A stretch of 64,000 bases of DNA from an uncultured Clostridium sp. (GTDB lineage Bacteria; Bacillota; Clostridia; TANB77; CAG-508): positions 4,849-68,848 of the forward strand of contig CAMYVO010000006.1 of assembly GCA_947302485.1 (NCBI GenBank), read 5' to 3'. Positions 50,375 through 60,300 of the stretch are shown in pieces; position 1 is the stretch's first letter, and every line of letters begins with the position of its first letter. Under the pieces are notes generated by a model. It ran no database searches, was not told the origin of the DNA, and saw only the letters and a list, made by a program, of their open reading frames with translations. The translations under genes and the position numbers were made by a program.

Positions 50375-50695
50375 TTAGTGTTTGCAGTAATCCATATTGA
50401 TGCAAACAAGCTTTTCGTTATGGAGAAATATATAATCTCCACACAACTTGCATCGCACATATGGCCTAGTATTAGCAAACATTCTTATTTCTTCGGTATG
50501 GTAAAACATTTGATGTCCTGCGGAACATCTAGCTACCACCCCAACATTATGACAGCATATGATTTTTTCCTTTTTATCTTCTTCGTTAAAAAGAAATTCA
50601 TAATTTGTTCCACATGTTGACCGAATAATAGAATATTCACTTTCTACACCGCAAACAATGTTGCTATGGAATAGCTTACACACAGGCAGTGCCAT
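50375..50695 (-). CDS. Hypothetical Cys-rich small protein (possible zinc ribbon)
   Basis: Start moved to ATG 50695, behind a strong AAGGAGGG. 12 Cys including CKLCGD. Contains the only in-frame CGG in the window that does not need a frameshift (50621..50623). Confidence 0.4.
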   Translation of the reverse strand: MALPVCKLFHSNIVCGVESEYSIIRSTCGTNYEFLFNEEDKKEKIICCHNVGVVARCSAGHQMFYHTEEIRMFANTRPYVRCKLCGDYIFLHNEKLVCINMDYCKH

Positions 50696-50788
50696 TCCTT
50701 TTCCCTCCTTTACATTATGCTTATGCAAAAGATTTTCTTTATTATTTTATATTATTTATGTTAAATTGTCAATATAATAATAAAAAGA

Positions 50789-50817
50789 TTGCCAAAATGC
50801 TCCGTCCCTTTTGGCAA
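50789..50817 (-). repeat. REP-like element (copy 12, reverse)
   Basis: ttgccaaaatgctccgtcccttttggcaa. Lies between the gatB stop and the Cys-rich ORF start. Confidence 0.85.
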
Positions 50818-50826
50818 TCTTTTTAT

Positions 50827-52269
50827 TTATTTTGAAAGTTCGTCTTTGAACATTTGATTTAACATTTGAGGATTTGCTTTTCCTTTTGTTTCTTTCATTG
50901 CTTGTCCTACTAAAAAACCAAGTGCTTTTTCTTTTCCACCTTTATAATCACTTACAGATTGAGGATTTGCACAAATTACTTTTAAAACAACTTCTTTTAT
51001 TGCACCTTCATCAGAAATTTGTATCCATCCTTTTTCTTCTATTATTTTTGATGGGCTATGTGGATTTTCAAACAATTCATTTAATACCTTTTTACCTATT
51101 GTTCCATTTATAGTGTTTTTTTCAATTAATTGTATTAATTCTGCTAAATGTTCTTTGGTAAATGGTATCTCTTCTGGTTCCATCTCTTTTTCATTTAGTA
51201 CTTTTGCAATATCTGACATTATCCAGTTAGCAACTGCTTTTGGATTATTACATATATTAGTTGCTCCTTCAAAAAGATCAGATAAATATTTTGAACCTGT
51301 TAAAATATTTGCTTCTTTTTCAGTTAATTTATATTCCTTTAAATATCTCTGTTTTCTACTTTCTGGTAGTTCAGGTAGATTGTTTTTTATGTTTTCTATA
51401 TATTCTTCAGACAATCTAATAGCTACCAAATCTGGATCTGGAAAATATCTATAATCTTGTGCATCCTCTTTATCTCTCATTGAAAATGTTCTTCCAGAAA
51501 CATCATCCCAACGAAGAGTTTCTTGCTCAACTTTTCCTCCATTCTCTATAACATCTATTTGTCTTTCTATCTCATATTCTATTCCTCTTACTATAGAACG
51601 GAAAGAATTCATATTTTTCATTTCTGTTCTTGTTCCATATTCTGCCTGACCTTTTTTTCTAATAGAAACATTTACGTCAGCCCTTAACGATCCCTCTTGC
51701 ATTTTACAATCAGATACTTCAATATATTCAAGTATTGATTTTAATTTTCTTAAATAATCCTCAGCTTCTTTACTAGATCTGATATCTGGCTCAGATACTA
51801 TTTCAATTAGCGGAACTCCCGCTCTATTTAAATCTACTAAACTTCCTCTTCCGAATTCATCATGATTTAACTTTCCAGCATCTTCTTCAATATGAATACG
51901 ATTTAATCTTATTTTCTTTATATTACCTTCTTTATCTTCTATCTCTACATATCCTTTTTCACATAAAGGCATATCATATTGCGAAATTTGATATGCTTTA
52001 GGTAGATCTGGATAAAAGTAATTTTTTCTATCATTTTTACTATTTCTTGATATATTACAGTTTGTTGCAAGTCCTGCCTTTACAGCATACTCTACTACTC
52101 TTTCGTTAAGTACAGGAAGAGTTCCTGGCATAGCCATACATACTGGACAACAGTGTGTATTTGGTGTTCCTCCAAATTCTGTAGGACAAGAACAGAATAT
52201 TTTTGTTTTTGTTGAAAGTTCTGCATGTACTTCTAATCCAATTACCACTTCATAATTTTCTTTTGACAT
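50827..52269 (-). CDS. gatB: Asp-tRNA(Asn)/Glu-tRNA(Gln) amidotransferase subunit B
   Basis: Full-length GatB (YEVVIGLEVHAEL..., C-terminal GatB/YqeY domain). Confidence 0.96.
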   Translation of the reverse strand: MSKENYEVVIGLEVHAELSTKTKIFCSCPTEFGGTPNTHCCPVCMAMPGTLPVLNERVVEYAVKAGLATNCNISRNSKNDRKNYFYPDLPKAYQISQYDMPLCEKGYVEIEDKEGNIKKIRLNRIHIEEDAGKLNHDEFGRGSLVDLNRAGVPLIEIVSEPDIRSSKEAEDYLRKLKSILEYIEVSDCKMQEGSLRADVNVSIRKKGQAEYGTRTEMKNMNSFRSIVRGIEYEIERQIDVIENGGKVEQETLRWDDVSGRTFSMRDKEDAQDYRYFPDPDLVAIRLSEEYIENIKNNLPELPESRKQRYLKEYKLTEKEANILTGSKYLSDLFEGATNICNNPKAVANWIMSDIAKVLNEKEMEPEEIPFTKEHLAELIQLIEKNTINGTIGKKVLNELFENPHSPSKIIEEKGWIQISDEGAIKEVVLKVICANPQSVSDYKGGKEKALGFLVGQAMKETKGKANPQMLNQMFKDELSK

Positions 52270-52374
52270 ACTTTACACTCCTTTTTAATTTTTTAAAGTA
52301 ATTGCTTCAATATAGGAACGTTCTTAACTTACGGACGACCACTGGTCCCTCTACATTCCCCATAAATTATTTTA

Positions 52375-53847
52375 TTATTTTTTATTTTTAAATGTTGGTT
52401 TATTCTTTTTAAAATCTGTATTTTTCTCATACGTATATGCTGCATTTAATATTGTTTCTTCATCAAAGTAGTTTCCGATTAATTGCATACCAATCGGCAT
52501 TCCCTCGCTGTTTATTCCACATGGAATACTTATTCCTGGAAGTCCTGCAATATTAACAGAAACTGTACAAATATCAGCTAAGTACATTTCTAAAGGATTA
52601 TTTGATCTTTCTCCAATTTTAAATGCAACAGTTGGTGCTGTAGGTGTTAATATAACATCATATTTTTCAAATGCTTTTGTAAATTCTTCTTTTACAAGTG
52701 TTCTAACTTGTTGTGCTTTTTTATAATATGCATCATAATATCCAGATGAAAGAACATAAGTACCAAGAATTATTCTTCTTTTTACCTCTGGTCCAAAACC
52801 TTCTGTTCTTGAATTTATATATATCTCTTTTAAATTATTAAATTCTTTTGATCTATATCCATATCTTATTCCATCAAATCTTCCTAAGTTTGAACTAGCT
52901 TCTGCACATGCAATAATATAGTATGTAGCAAGTGCATATTCAGCAATATTTAAAGAAAATTCTTCAACTTCTGCGCCCATTTCTTTATATTTTTCTATTG
53001 CTTCTTCTAGTTTTTGCTTTACTTCTTCATTAATTCCGTCTCCAAAATATTCTTTTGGAATTCCTATTTTTAATCCTTTAACATCATTCTTTAAACATTT
53101 AGTATAGTCTTTTTTCTCTGTCTTAACAGATGTTGTATCTTTTTCATCATATCCTGCTATCATATTTAGTAAAATTGCTGCATCTTCTACATCTTTTGTA
53201 ATTGGTCCTATTTGGTCAAGAGATGAAGCAAATGCTACAAGTCCATATCTTGAAACAAGTCCATAAGTTGGCTTTAGTCCAACAACACCACAAAAGCTTG
53301 AAGGTTGTCTAATACTTCCTCCTGTATCAGACCCTAATGCCCAAGGTACCATGTTAGCAGCAACTGCAGCAGCTGATCCACCACTTGATCCACCTGGTAC
53401 TCTATTTAAATCCCATGGATTTTTTGTTTTCTTAAAATATGAATATTCTGTAGATGCACCCATTGCAAACTCATCCATATTTAATTTACCTAAATTAATT
53501 AAATTCTCATCATTTATTTTATTTATTACTGTAGCATCATAAGGTGATATAAAATTTTCTAGCATTTTAGATGAACAGGTAGTTTTTATTCCTTTGGTAC
53601 ACATATTATCTTTTATTCCTATTGGAATTCCAGCATAAGAAGACTTAATTTCCCCGTTTTTTACTTTTTCCTCAATTTCCTTAGCCTTTTGTATAGCCTC
53701 ATCTCCTAATGTTGTTACAAATGCTTGTACATCTTTTTCTTTCTCGTTAATTCTATCTACATAGGCCTTTGTAATATCTGTAATAGTTATTTCATTATTA
53801 TCTAACTTTTCTTTTAATTCATGAACTGATAATTCATATAATTCCAT
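52375..53847 (-). CDS. gatA: Glu-tRNA(Gln) amidotransferase subunit A
   Basis: Amidase signature [12 protein letters not shown]...[11 protein letters not shown]. Confidence 0.96.
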   Translation of the reverse strand: MELYELSVHELKEKLDNNEITITDITKAYVDRINEKEKDVQAFVTTLGDEAIQKAKEIEEKVKNGEIKSSYAGIPIGIKDNMCTKGIKTTCSSKMLENFISPYDATVINKINDENLINLGKLNMDEFAMGASTEYSYFKKTKNPWDLNRVPGGSSGGSAAAVAANMVPWALGSDTGGSIRQPSSFCGVVGLKPTYGLVSRYGLVAFASSLDQIGPITKDVEDAAILLNMIAGYDEKDTTSVKTEKKDYTKCLKNDVKGLKIGIPKEYFGDGINEEVKQKLEEAIEKYKEMGAEVEEFSLNIAEYALATYYIIACAEASSNLGRFDGIRYGYRSKEFNNLKEIYINSRTEGFGPEVKRRIILGTYVLSSGYYDAYYKKAQQVRTLVKEEFTKAFEKYDVILTPTAPTVAFKIGERSNNPLEMYLADICTVSVNIAGLPGISIPCGINSEGMPIGMQLIGNYFDEETILNAAYTYEKNTDFKKNKPTFKNKK

Positions 53848-53868
53848 GTAATTATTTTCTCCTTCCCT

Positions 53869-54156
53869 CTAGCTTATTACCTTAGGGATTCTAAACATTC
53901 CCTCTTCTTGTTCTGGTGCATTTTGTATTAAAAGATCTTTATCCTCAAAATCTATAATTTCATCTTTTCTGAAAACATTAAATTTATCATTTGCACCAAT
54001 TGTTTCCTTTAATCCTTCTACTGGAGCACTCTTTACAATATTTGCAAAATTTAAAATATCTTGAAGATTTTTAATATATTCATCTATTTCATCGTCATTT
54101 AATTTTAAACGTGCAAGTTTTGCAATATGAATAATTTCTTCTTTACTTACTTCCAT
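53869..54156 (-). CDS. gatC: Glu-tRNA(Gln) amidotransferase subunit C
   Basis: 95 aa with GatC-like sequence (IAKLARLKL...). Position upstream of gatA. Confidence 0.9.
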   Translation of the reverse strand: MEVSKEEIIHIAKLARLKLNDDEIDEYIKNLQDILNFANIVKSAPVEGLKETIGANDKFNVFRKDEIIDFEDKDLLIQNAPEQEEGMFRIPKVIS

Positions 54157-54244
54157 CTTTTCTCTCCTTTACGTAAGTTTTTATAAATACCTGCTTATTA
54201 TATATCCAAATGTATAAAAAATCAACTATGACACTGTAAAAAAA

Positions 54245-54273
54245 TTGCCAAAGAGAACCGTCCCTAATGGCAA
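54245..54273 (-). repeat. REP-like element (copy 13, reverse)
   Basis: ttgccaaagagaaccgtccctaatggcaa. Lies between the CAP-protein stop and the gatC start. Confidence 0.85.
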
Positions 54274-54282
54274 TTTTCCATG

Positions 54283-55059
54283 TTATTTACCTATAAACAT
54301 CTGTACATATATCTTTCCGTATCTACTACTGTTTACAACTCCTATTCCAGTATAATTAAATGAACTATTTAATATATTTGCTCTATGCCCTTCTGAATTC
54401 ATCCATGCCTCTACTGCTTTTGTATTACTGGAATTTCCTGCTAAATTTTCTCCTGCAGATTTATAGCTAATTCCATATTTTTTTAGCATATCAAACGGGC
54501 TACCAAATGTTGGTGAATTATGTGCAAAATAATTATTGTTTACCATATCCTTTGCTTTATCACGTGCAACTACCATAACCTCATTATCTATAGCTAGAGC
54601 CTTTAATCCATTTGCTATTCTTTTTTCATTAATTAAATTAAATATTTCTAGCTCATCTTGTGTTAAATTTGATCCTGAAGCTACATTATTAGCTTTACCA
54701 GAGCTTTCTGTATTACCTATTGATGGATAAATTGGCTTAATATAACTTGAACTAACAGCTCCAATATAGTCATTATCTGTTTGTATTACATACCAATTTC
54801 CTATTTTAGCAAACACTCGAATGTATTGATTTTTATACACTTGTGTTATTACTTTATATGAAGTACCTGGTCCTTCTCTGACATTTAATGTAGATGCTGT
54901 TACAAGTCCAGTTGAAAAATCAACTTTCTGATAATGTTGCATTGCATAAGAACTACTAAATATATTAAATGAAATAACTATTCCTAATAAAATGGAGATC
55001 ATAAGTATTTTAACTTTTGAAATTTTAAACTTTGGTAATTTCAATACCTTTATATACAT
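54283..55059 (-). CDS. Membrane-anchored SH3b plus CAP/SCP (YkwD-like) domain protein
   Basis: N-terminal TM helix, SH3b-like LNVREGPGTSYKVI...GNWYVIQ and a C-terminal CAP domain (NEKR...FAHNSP...GENLA...W..S.GHRANIL). Confidence 0.75.
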   Translation of the reverse strand: MYIKVLKLPKFKISKVKILMISILLGIVISFNIFSSSYAMQHYQKVDFSTGLVTASTLNVREGPGTSYKVITQVYKNQYIRVFAKIGNWYVIQTDNDYIGAVSSSYIKPIYPSIGNTESSGKANNVASGSNLTQDELEIFNLINEKRIANGLKALAIDNEVMVVARDKAKDMVNNNYFAHNSPTFGSPFDMLKKYGISYKSAGENLAGNSSNTKAVEAWMNSEGHRANILNSSFNYTGIGVVNSSRYGKIYVQMFIGK

Positions 55060-55120
55060 AAAAAACCTCCTAAAATATTCATAATTAATAATATGAATAT
55101 TTTAAGAAGTTATGACAAAA

Positions 55121-55550
55121 TTATATCTTTTCTACTTTTTGGAATCTAATTTCATTTCTATCATTCTGTTTTTCAAATACTTCTAATATTTCATTTTTAG
55201 TTGTTGAAATCACATCATCTATTACATCTATTGTCTTTCCAAATTGATCTAAAATTCCGTTTAAAATGAAAATCTACTTTTTCATCTAGCTTATTGATTC
55301 TTTCATCTAACTCATTATATTTCGTATCTATTTTTTCATCTAACTCATTATATTTCCTATCTATTTTCTCATCTAACTCATTAAATTTCCTATCTATTTT
55401 CTCATCTAATTCATTAAATTTCCTATCTATTTTCTCATCTAATTCTCGTACTTTTGTATCTAACTTTTTGTCTAAATTATCTACCTTTTCAGATAATTTT
55501 CCAAAATTATTATTCAGCTTAACTAATTCTTCTAATATTATTTTTTCCAT
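55121..55550 (-). CDS. Hypothetical coiled-coil protein with 11-aa tandem repeats, in two frames joined at an in-frame CGG (55259)
   Basis: ORF 55215..55550 reads ...TTT AAA C GGA ATT. Omitting the C keeps the frame open for 45 more codons (GILDQFGKTIDVIDDV...RFQKVEKI*) to TAA 55121. Confidence 0.45.
55302..55433. repeat. 33-bp tandem repeat, four good copies (degenerate copies extend to 55269..55466)
   Basis: The unit ttcatctaactcattatatttcgtatctatttt repeats head to tail. Encodes NELDEKIDRKF repeats on the minus strand. Confidence 0.85.
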
Positions 55551-55784
55551 TTTATTTTTCTCCTTTTTTAATATTTTCTATTAAATTATAAAGAATAAAT
55601 TTATTACTAAATTTTTATAAATTACCTTACACTATCTTGTTTTAAATTATATGTTTTTTCAGTCTTTTTGTCAATAATTATTATAGTTAATTTTTCATCA
55701 CCTCCTACAATTACATATTTAAAATTGTGTGGATTTTTAGAGATTAAAAATTATATTTTGTATAGCTAAGATGTATTATCAGAT

Positions 55785-55822
55785 AAAAAAGAGAGCAAAT
55801 ATCAGTTTAACCTGATTTCTGC
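55785..55822 (-). terminator. Rho-independent terminator of the exported-protein operon
   Basis: Minus strand: gcagaaatcag gttaaa ctgatatttgc, then tctcTTTTTT. Confidence 0.6.
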
Positions 55823-55920
55823 CCCCTATAATTATTATATATTAGTTAATTTATATTATCAACAATTTTCGTTATCTATAATTCGACATTATTATATATT
55901 TTTAAGATAATTCTTTTTAC

Positions 55921-55949
55921 TTGCCAAAAAGAACCGTCCCTAATGGCAA
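55921..55949 (-). repeat. REP-like element (copy 14, reverse)
   Basis: ttgccaaaaagaaccgtccctaatggcaa, 2 nt after the stop of the 454-aa ORF. Confidence 0.85.
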
Positions 55950-55951
55950 CA

Positions 55952-57316
55952 CTATTCAAGATTGAATGACATTACAAAGTCTGTTCCTTCTTTTAATTTC
56001 ATAATTATTGTAAGTTTTTTAGTTTTTGAATCTTTTTGTGTTTTATCAGAAAGTGTAAGTTCAAATATATATGTATCACCTTCATTTGAAAACTTATCAT
56101 ATGTTACATTATTATATTCAAAAAAGTTTGCTTTTATATATTGTTTATATGAATCTTCCGTCTGAAAATATTTATTTTTAAATTCATCATATAGTAAAGC
56201 ATATGAATTTTTATAATCTTTTGTGTTTATCATTTTTATAAATTTATCAATATTAAATTGAACTTTTTTTGTTATATCTGCATTATTATATTGCTGTAAA
56301 AATTTTTCTGAATCAATAGTATATGTATCTAGTTGTACAGTATAATCTACTAATCCATTATTACAGATAATTAAATAATAATTATTACTATCATCCATTA
56401 ATAAATATGTTTTTTTATTATTTATAGTATCAATACCATATTGTGATAATTTAGAGTTTTTTAATTTCTCTTTTATTTCAGAAACATATTCTTCAAAAGT
56501 TGAATAATCTGGAAATCTTTTTTTTCTATATTCAGCATCTAATTTATTATACTCTTCTTTAAAATCATATAATAAATTATTTTTTTGAATATTGAAATAC
56601 TCTTTAGCCATTTGTTCATCTGTAACATTTCCTAAAATAACTTTATTATACATGTTTGCTTCTATATTTGTTTTAGATATGTTAATATCTTTTTTATTTA
56701 TATTGTAGTTATTTTCTTCAATATAATCAGACAAAAAGACTGAACAAGCATTAGTACTACTATCATATTTTATTAATAAATTAAATTTATTATCCTTTAT
56801 TTTAGAAAAAACTAAAAATAATGTAATATTTTCAGTATACTGATATTCATACATTTCGTTTAGTATTACATTGTAAATTACATCTGGTCTTGTATAATCT
56901 CCTTGAATCATATATTTTTTTGACTCATTTGTATAAAAATCTTCATCAATCTTTTTATTTTCTTTATATTGTTCATCAATAAGACTATTTAAAGATTTTA
57001 GTGCCTCTTCTTTTCTTGTCTTAATTGCTTCATTTCGACTAACTTTTAATGTATCATTATTTATATAGTTATCTCCATTTAGGTTTTTAATATCTTCTAT
57101 ATATCTATCAATAATATTTTTTGCTATAAAATAATTATTTTCATTTTCTATATTCCTAAATAATCCCATATTGATTTGATTATTTGATTCTTCAATATTT
57201 GTTTTTTTGAAACTTCCTTTTTTGCTTAAAAACATTAATATCATTGCTAATATTATTATAATTATTACTAAAAAGATTATCATATATTTTATATACTTTT
57301 TCATAATAAACCTCAT
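55952..57316 (-). CDS. Hypothetical membrane-anchored extracytoplasmic protein
   Basis: 454 aa with N-terminal TM helix (MIIFLVIIIIILAMILMFL). Asn/Lys/Tyr-rich ectodomain, with a C-terminal part of NTF2-like flavour (weak). Last gene of the operon starting beyond 64000. Confidence 0.45.
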   Translation of the reverse strand: MRFIMKKYIKYMIIFLVIIIIILAMILMFLSKKGSFKKTNIEESNNQINMGLFRNIENENNYFIAKNIIDRYIEDIKNLNGDNYINNDTLKVSRNEAIKTRKEEALKSLNSLIDEQYKENKKIDEDFYTNESKKYMIQGDYTRPDVIYNVILNEMYEYQYTENITLFLVFSKIKDNKFNLLIKYDSSTNACSVFLSDYIEENNYNINKKDINISKTNIEANMYNKVILGNVTDEQMAKEYFNIQKNNLLYDFKEEYNKLDAEYRKKRFPDYSTFEEYVSEIKEKLKNSKLSQYGIDTINNKKTYLLMDDSNNYYLIICNNGLVDYTVQLDTYTIDSEKFLQQYNNADITKKVQFNIDKFIKMINTKDYKNSYALLYDEFKNKYFQTEDSYKQYIKANFFEYNNVTYDKFSNEGDTYIFELTLSDKTQKDSKTKKLTIIMKLKEGTDFVMSFNLE

Positions 57317-57337
57317 CTATATTATATAATCAATATT

Positions 57338-60300
57338 CTATTTGTAGTATTTTTGTGCAGCTGCATATCTGTCTTCTATATTCCAAACTGCTGGATTTTC
57401 AAAATCTGCCATAAATCTATATGTACACTCGTATAAATCGTTAGATGTTTGTAACGTATTATATAAATCCGGTGAATATGTCTGTATCCAATCTATAATA
57501 GTTTCTAATTGTCCTTCCATATCAGCAATTGATCTTCCTTTTTCAACTGTATGCTCATATAATGACTCTTTTAGAGGTGGCCATGTAAATCCAACTAGAC
57601 CATATCCATTACCATTTGGTCCATTATATATAAAATCATTTTTTGAAATTTCACCTGAATCTACCTTACGTGTATATTCTATTCTATATTCTTCTCCATA
57701 TAAATACCAGCTCTCAACACTATCTGGTAAAAATGATCCTTCGCATGCTATATTACCCATTATTCCTGCAGCTCCTGCATTCGTAAATCCTTGTCCAATC
57801 AAATAATTATAAATACCTTCCTCATCTTGTGATGATAAAGTACTAGTTCCACTTGTTGTACGCATTTTTCCTGGGTCAAACATATCAAAGCTAAAATTCT
57901 CATCAATATCGTAATTTTTTCCAAACGCTATACCAAATAAATATTTCATCAAATCTAATTTATCACATAATATTCTATTTTTTTCAATTGATTCAAAGAA
58001 CCATTCAGCAATACTTCTTAGGCTTCCTCTTGCTTTTCCATTTTTCTTTAATAATGTTATAAAATTATCTTCAGTATCATTAGGATCAGTCTTTTCAATA
58101 ATTTGTCCAGATGAACTAGAATATTTATATGTTACTGTAGTTATTTGCAAATTTGTATCTACATTATCAATTTTAGAATAATTTGTTGTTATTGAACTAG
58201 AAATTTGTGGATCCCAATCTCCAGTTTGGTATATTCCAACAAGTATATCTTCAATTGCATCTTTTAATTTATTTCTTTCACTTGATGAAGAAGTAAGTCG
58301 ATTTACCACTTTATTAATTCTAGCTTGCAACTCATTGCTAGCCAATGAAGACTGTAATGATATTGCAGGATTACTAGAAATACCAGATTGAATATCTTTT
58401 TTAGTAATTTTATAACTTGCATTTCTAGTTACTCCTTGCAATTTGTCTGATGGATATACAACTAAATTGCCACTCCTTAATAAAGCAATATATGCATCTA
58501 TTATATTTTCGCTTTCAAATAAAATAGCATTTTTTGCATTATTCAATATTTCTGAATTAATACCATTATTTTGGTAATCAACTATGTATTTTTTAATATT
58601 TTGATTTAAAACATTTTTAAATGCATCTTCTGTACTTAATTCCTCTGTACTCATCTGTTCCCAGTCAGTGGTTTCGTTTGAACTATCGACTTTTTGCTCT
58701 TCATATTTATTATCTGGGGAGTCTAGTACTTCACTGTTGTTTGTATATATTGCTATCCAACTATTAATATAGCTAACTTTTAATTCTGTTGTACATGTTG
58801 TAGTATATATAGTATATGTTATAGTTGCAGTTTCAGTGCTACTACTTTTACCAGTAGTTGAATATTGCTGATTAGTTGACATTGCTGAGTCTTCACTCTT
58901 ATTTGCTATTTGAATTGTTTTAGTATATGTTTGGCTTGTTTGTGTAATTTTATCTAATGCTGTTATAGTAATTTCAGAATTATTTATTAAATTTGTTAAA
59001 TCATATATAAAATCATAGTCTCCACCATATATTAACAATGACCACAATAAATCAAATGGCATTGTATGTTGATATATTTGAGATAAGTATGAAATAGGTG
59101 CACTCTGAGATATTTCATAACTAGAAGAATAAGTCATAAATTCCTGATACTTTTCAGTTAAATTTATAGAAGTTTGATTATTAACTAATCCCCCTGGTTC
59201 ATAACGTGTTGCTTTCCATTGTGCAACAATAATTCCTCCTGTTGAATTAATAGTAAAATGGTTTAACGCTTCACTATCATTATCACTACACATTTTAGTA
59301 AATTCATCATATGGTATATATGATAAATAATATGGGTCTTCTTCCTTTTCATTTTCATAATCAATCGACTTTCTTTGTATTCTAATTATTCCTTGTAATT
59401 CATCTTCTGGAGTTTCTGTACTAAATAAATTTGAAAAGAAATCTAATAAAGTATTATTTTCTTTTGTTAAACTATCTGTTATTTTTTTAATATAACTAAA
59501 GTATAAACTTTCCATAGTATCTACATCGTATCCACTTGCTACTGCTTTACTATTTAAGGTTGTATAAAACATGTTATGAACACTTTCTCTTGTTATATTT
59601 CCATTTACTATTAAATTTTCTATTTTAGTTTGAACATTTTTATTTTGCAAGCTTTTAAAAACATATTCTTCCATTTCTTCTGTATTTTTTTCTTCTGATA
59701 TTTTATATATCTCAAAAGTAGTATCTGATGTTTTTTCTATACCATAATTTGTCCCATTTTGTGTGTAAGTATATACTTTATTTCCTTCATTTTTATAGTT
59801 AATATTTTTAGAACTTAAATCATCTAATTTTGCTTTTAAAGCTGTATCTAATTCTTCTTTAGTCTCGTAGTTTTCAGTAGATATTATACTTTTATTTTCT
59901 TTAACATCTGTGGCATGTATTAGCTCTACATTATTTATTGCATCTGGCAAATTTTTCTTTACATCTTTTAATGCTGCTTGTTTTTTTGCAGATTTTTCTA
60001 TTTCTTCTGCACTTCTTAAATCTGGAAATTGTGTTACAAGTTCTGCTTTAAGCATTGCTTTTAAATATTCTCTTTTTTTACTTGTTTTTAAAAAATAATC
60101 TACATCCTTAATTTTGCTTTTTTCTAAAAGTTTTAGCATTTCTTCTACTTTTTCATCTAGATCAATATCAATTTTATATCCACCTCTATCATTTGGTACG
60201 ATATATTGTGCAATATTACTTGTTAAATTCCCAACCGAATAACCAGAAGTATTTCCAGCTCCACTACTTAAAATTGCATCTTTAATATTTTGTGCAAAAA

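Noticed and set aside
55640-55760. Short protein-like frame (…KYVIVGGDEKLTIIIIDKKTEKTYNLKQDSVR*) upstream of the coiled-coil gene.
   Set aside because: It has no canonical start in frame. The AGGAGGTG-ATG nearby opens only a 3-codon ORF. It is probably a remnant.
158-55949. REP-like hairpins interpreted simply as Rho-independent terminators.
   Set aside because: Most lack a U-tract after the stem and share a conserved asymmetric loop core. They occur as tandem and inverted doublets and inside operon spacers. Genuine terminators in the window (for example 4671..4705 and 42999..43037) have unrelated sequences.
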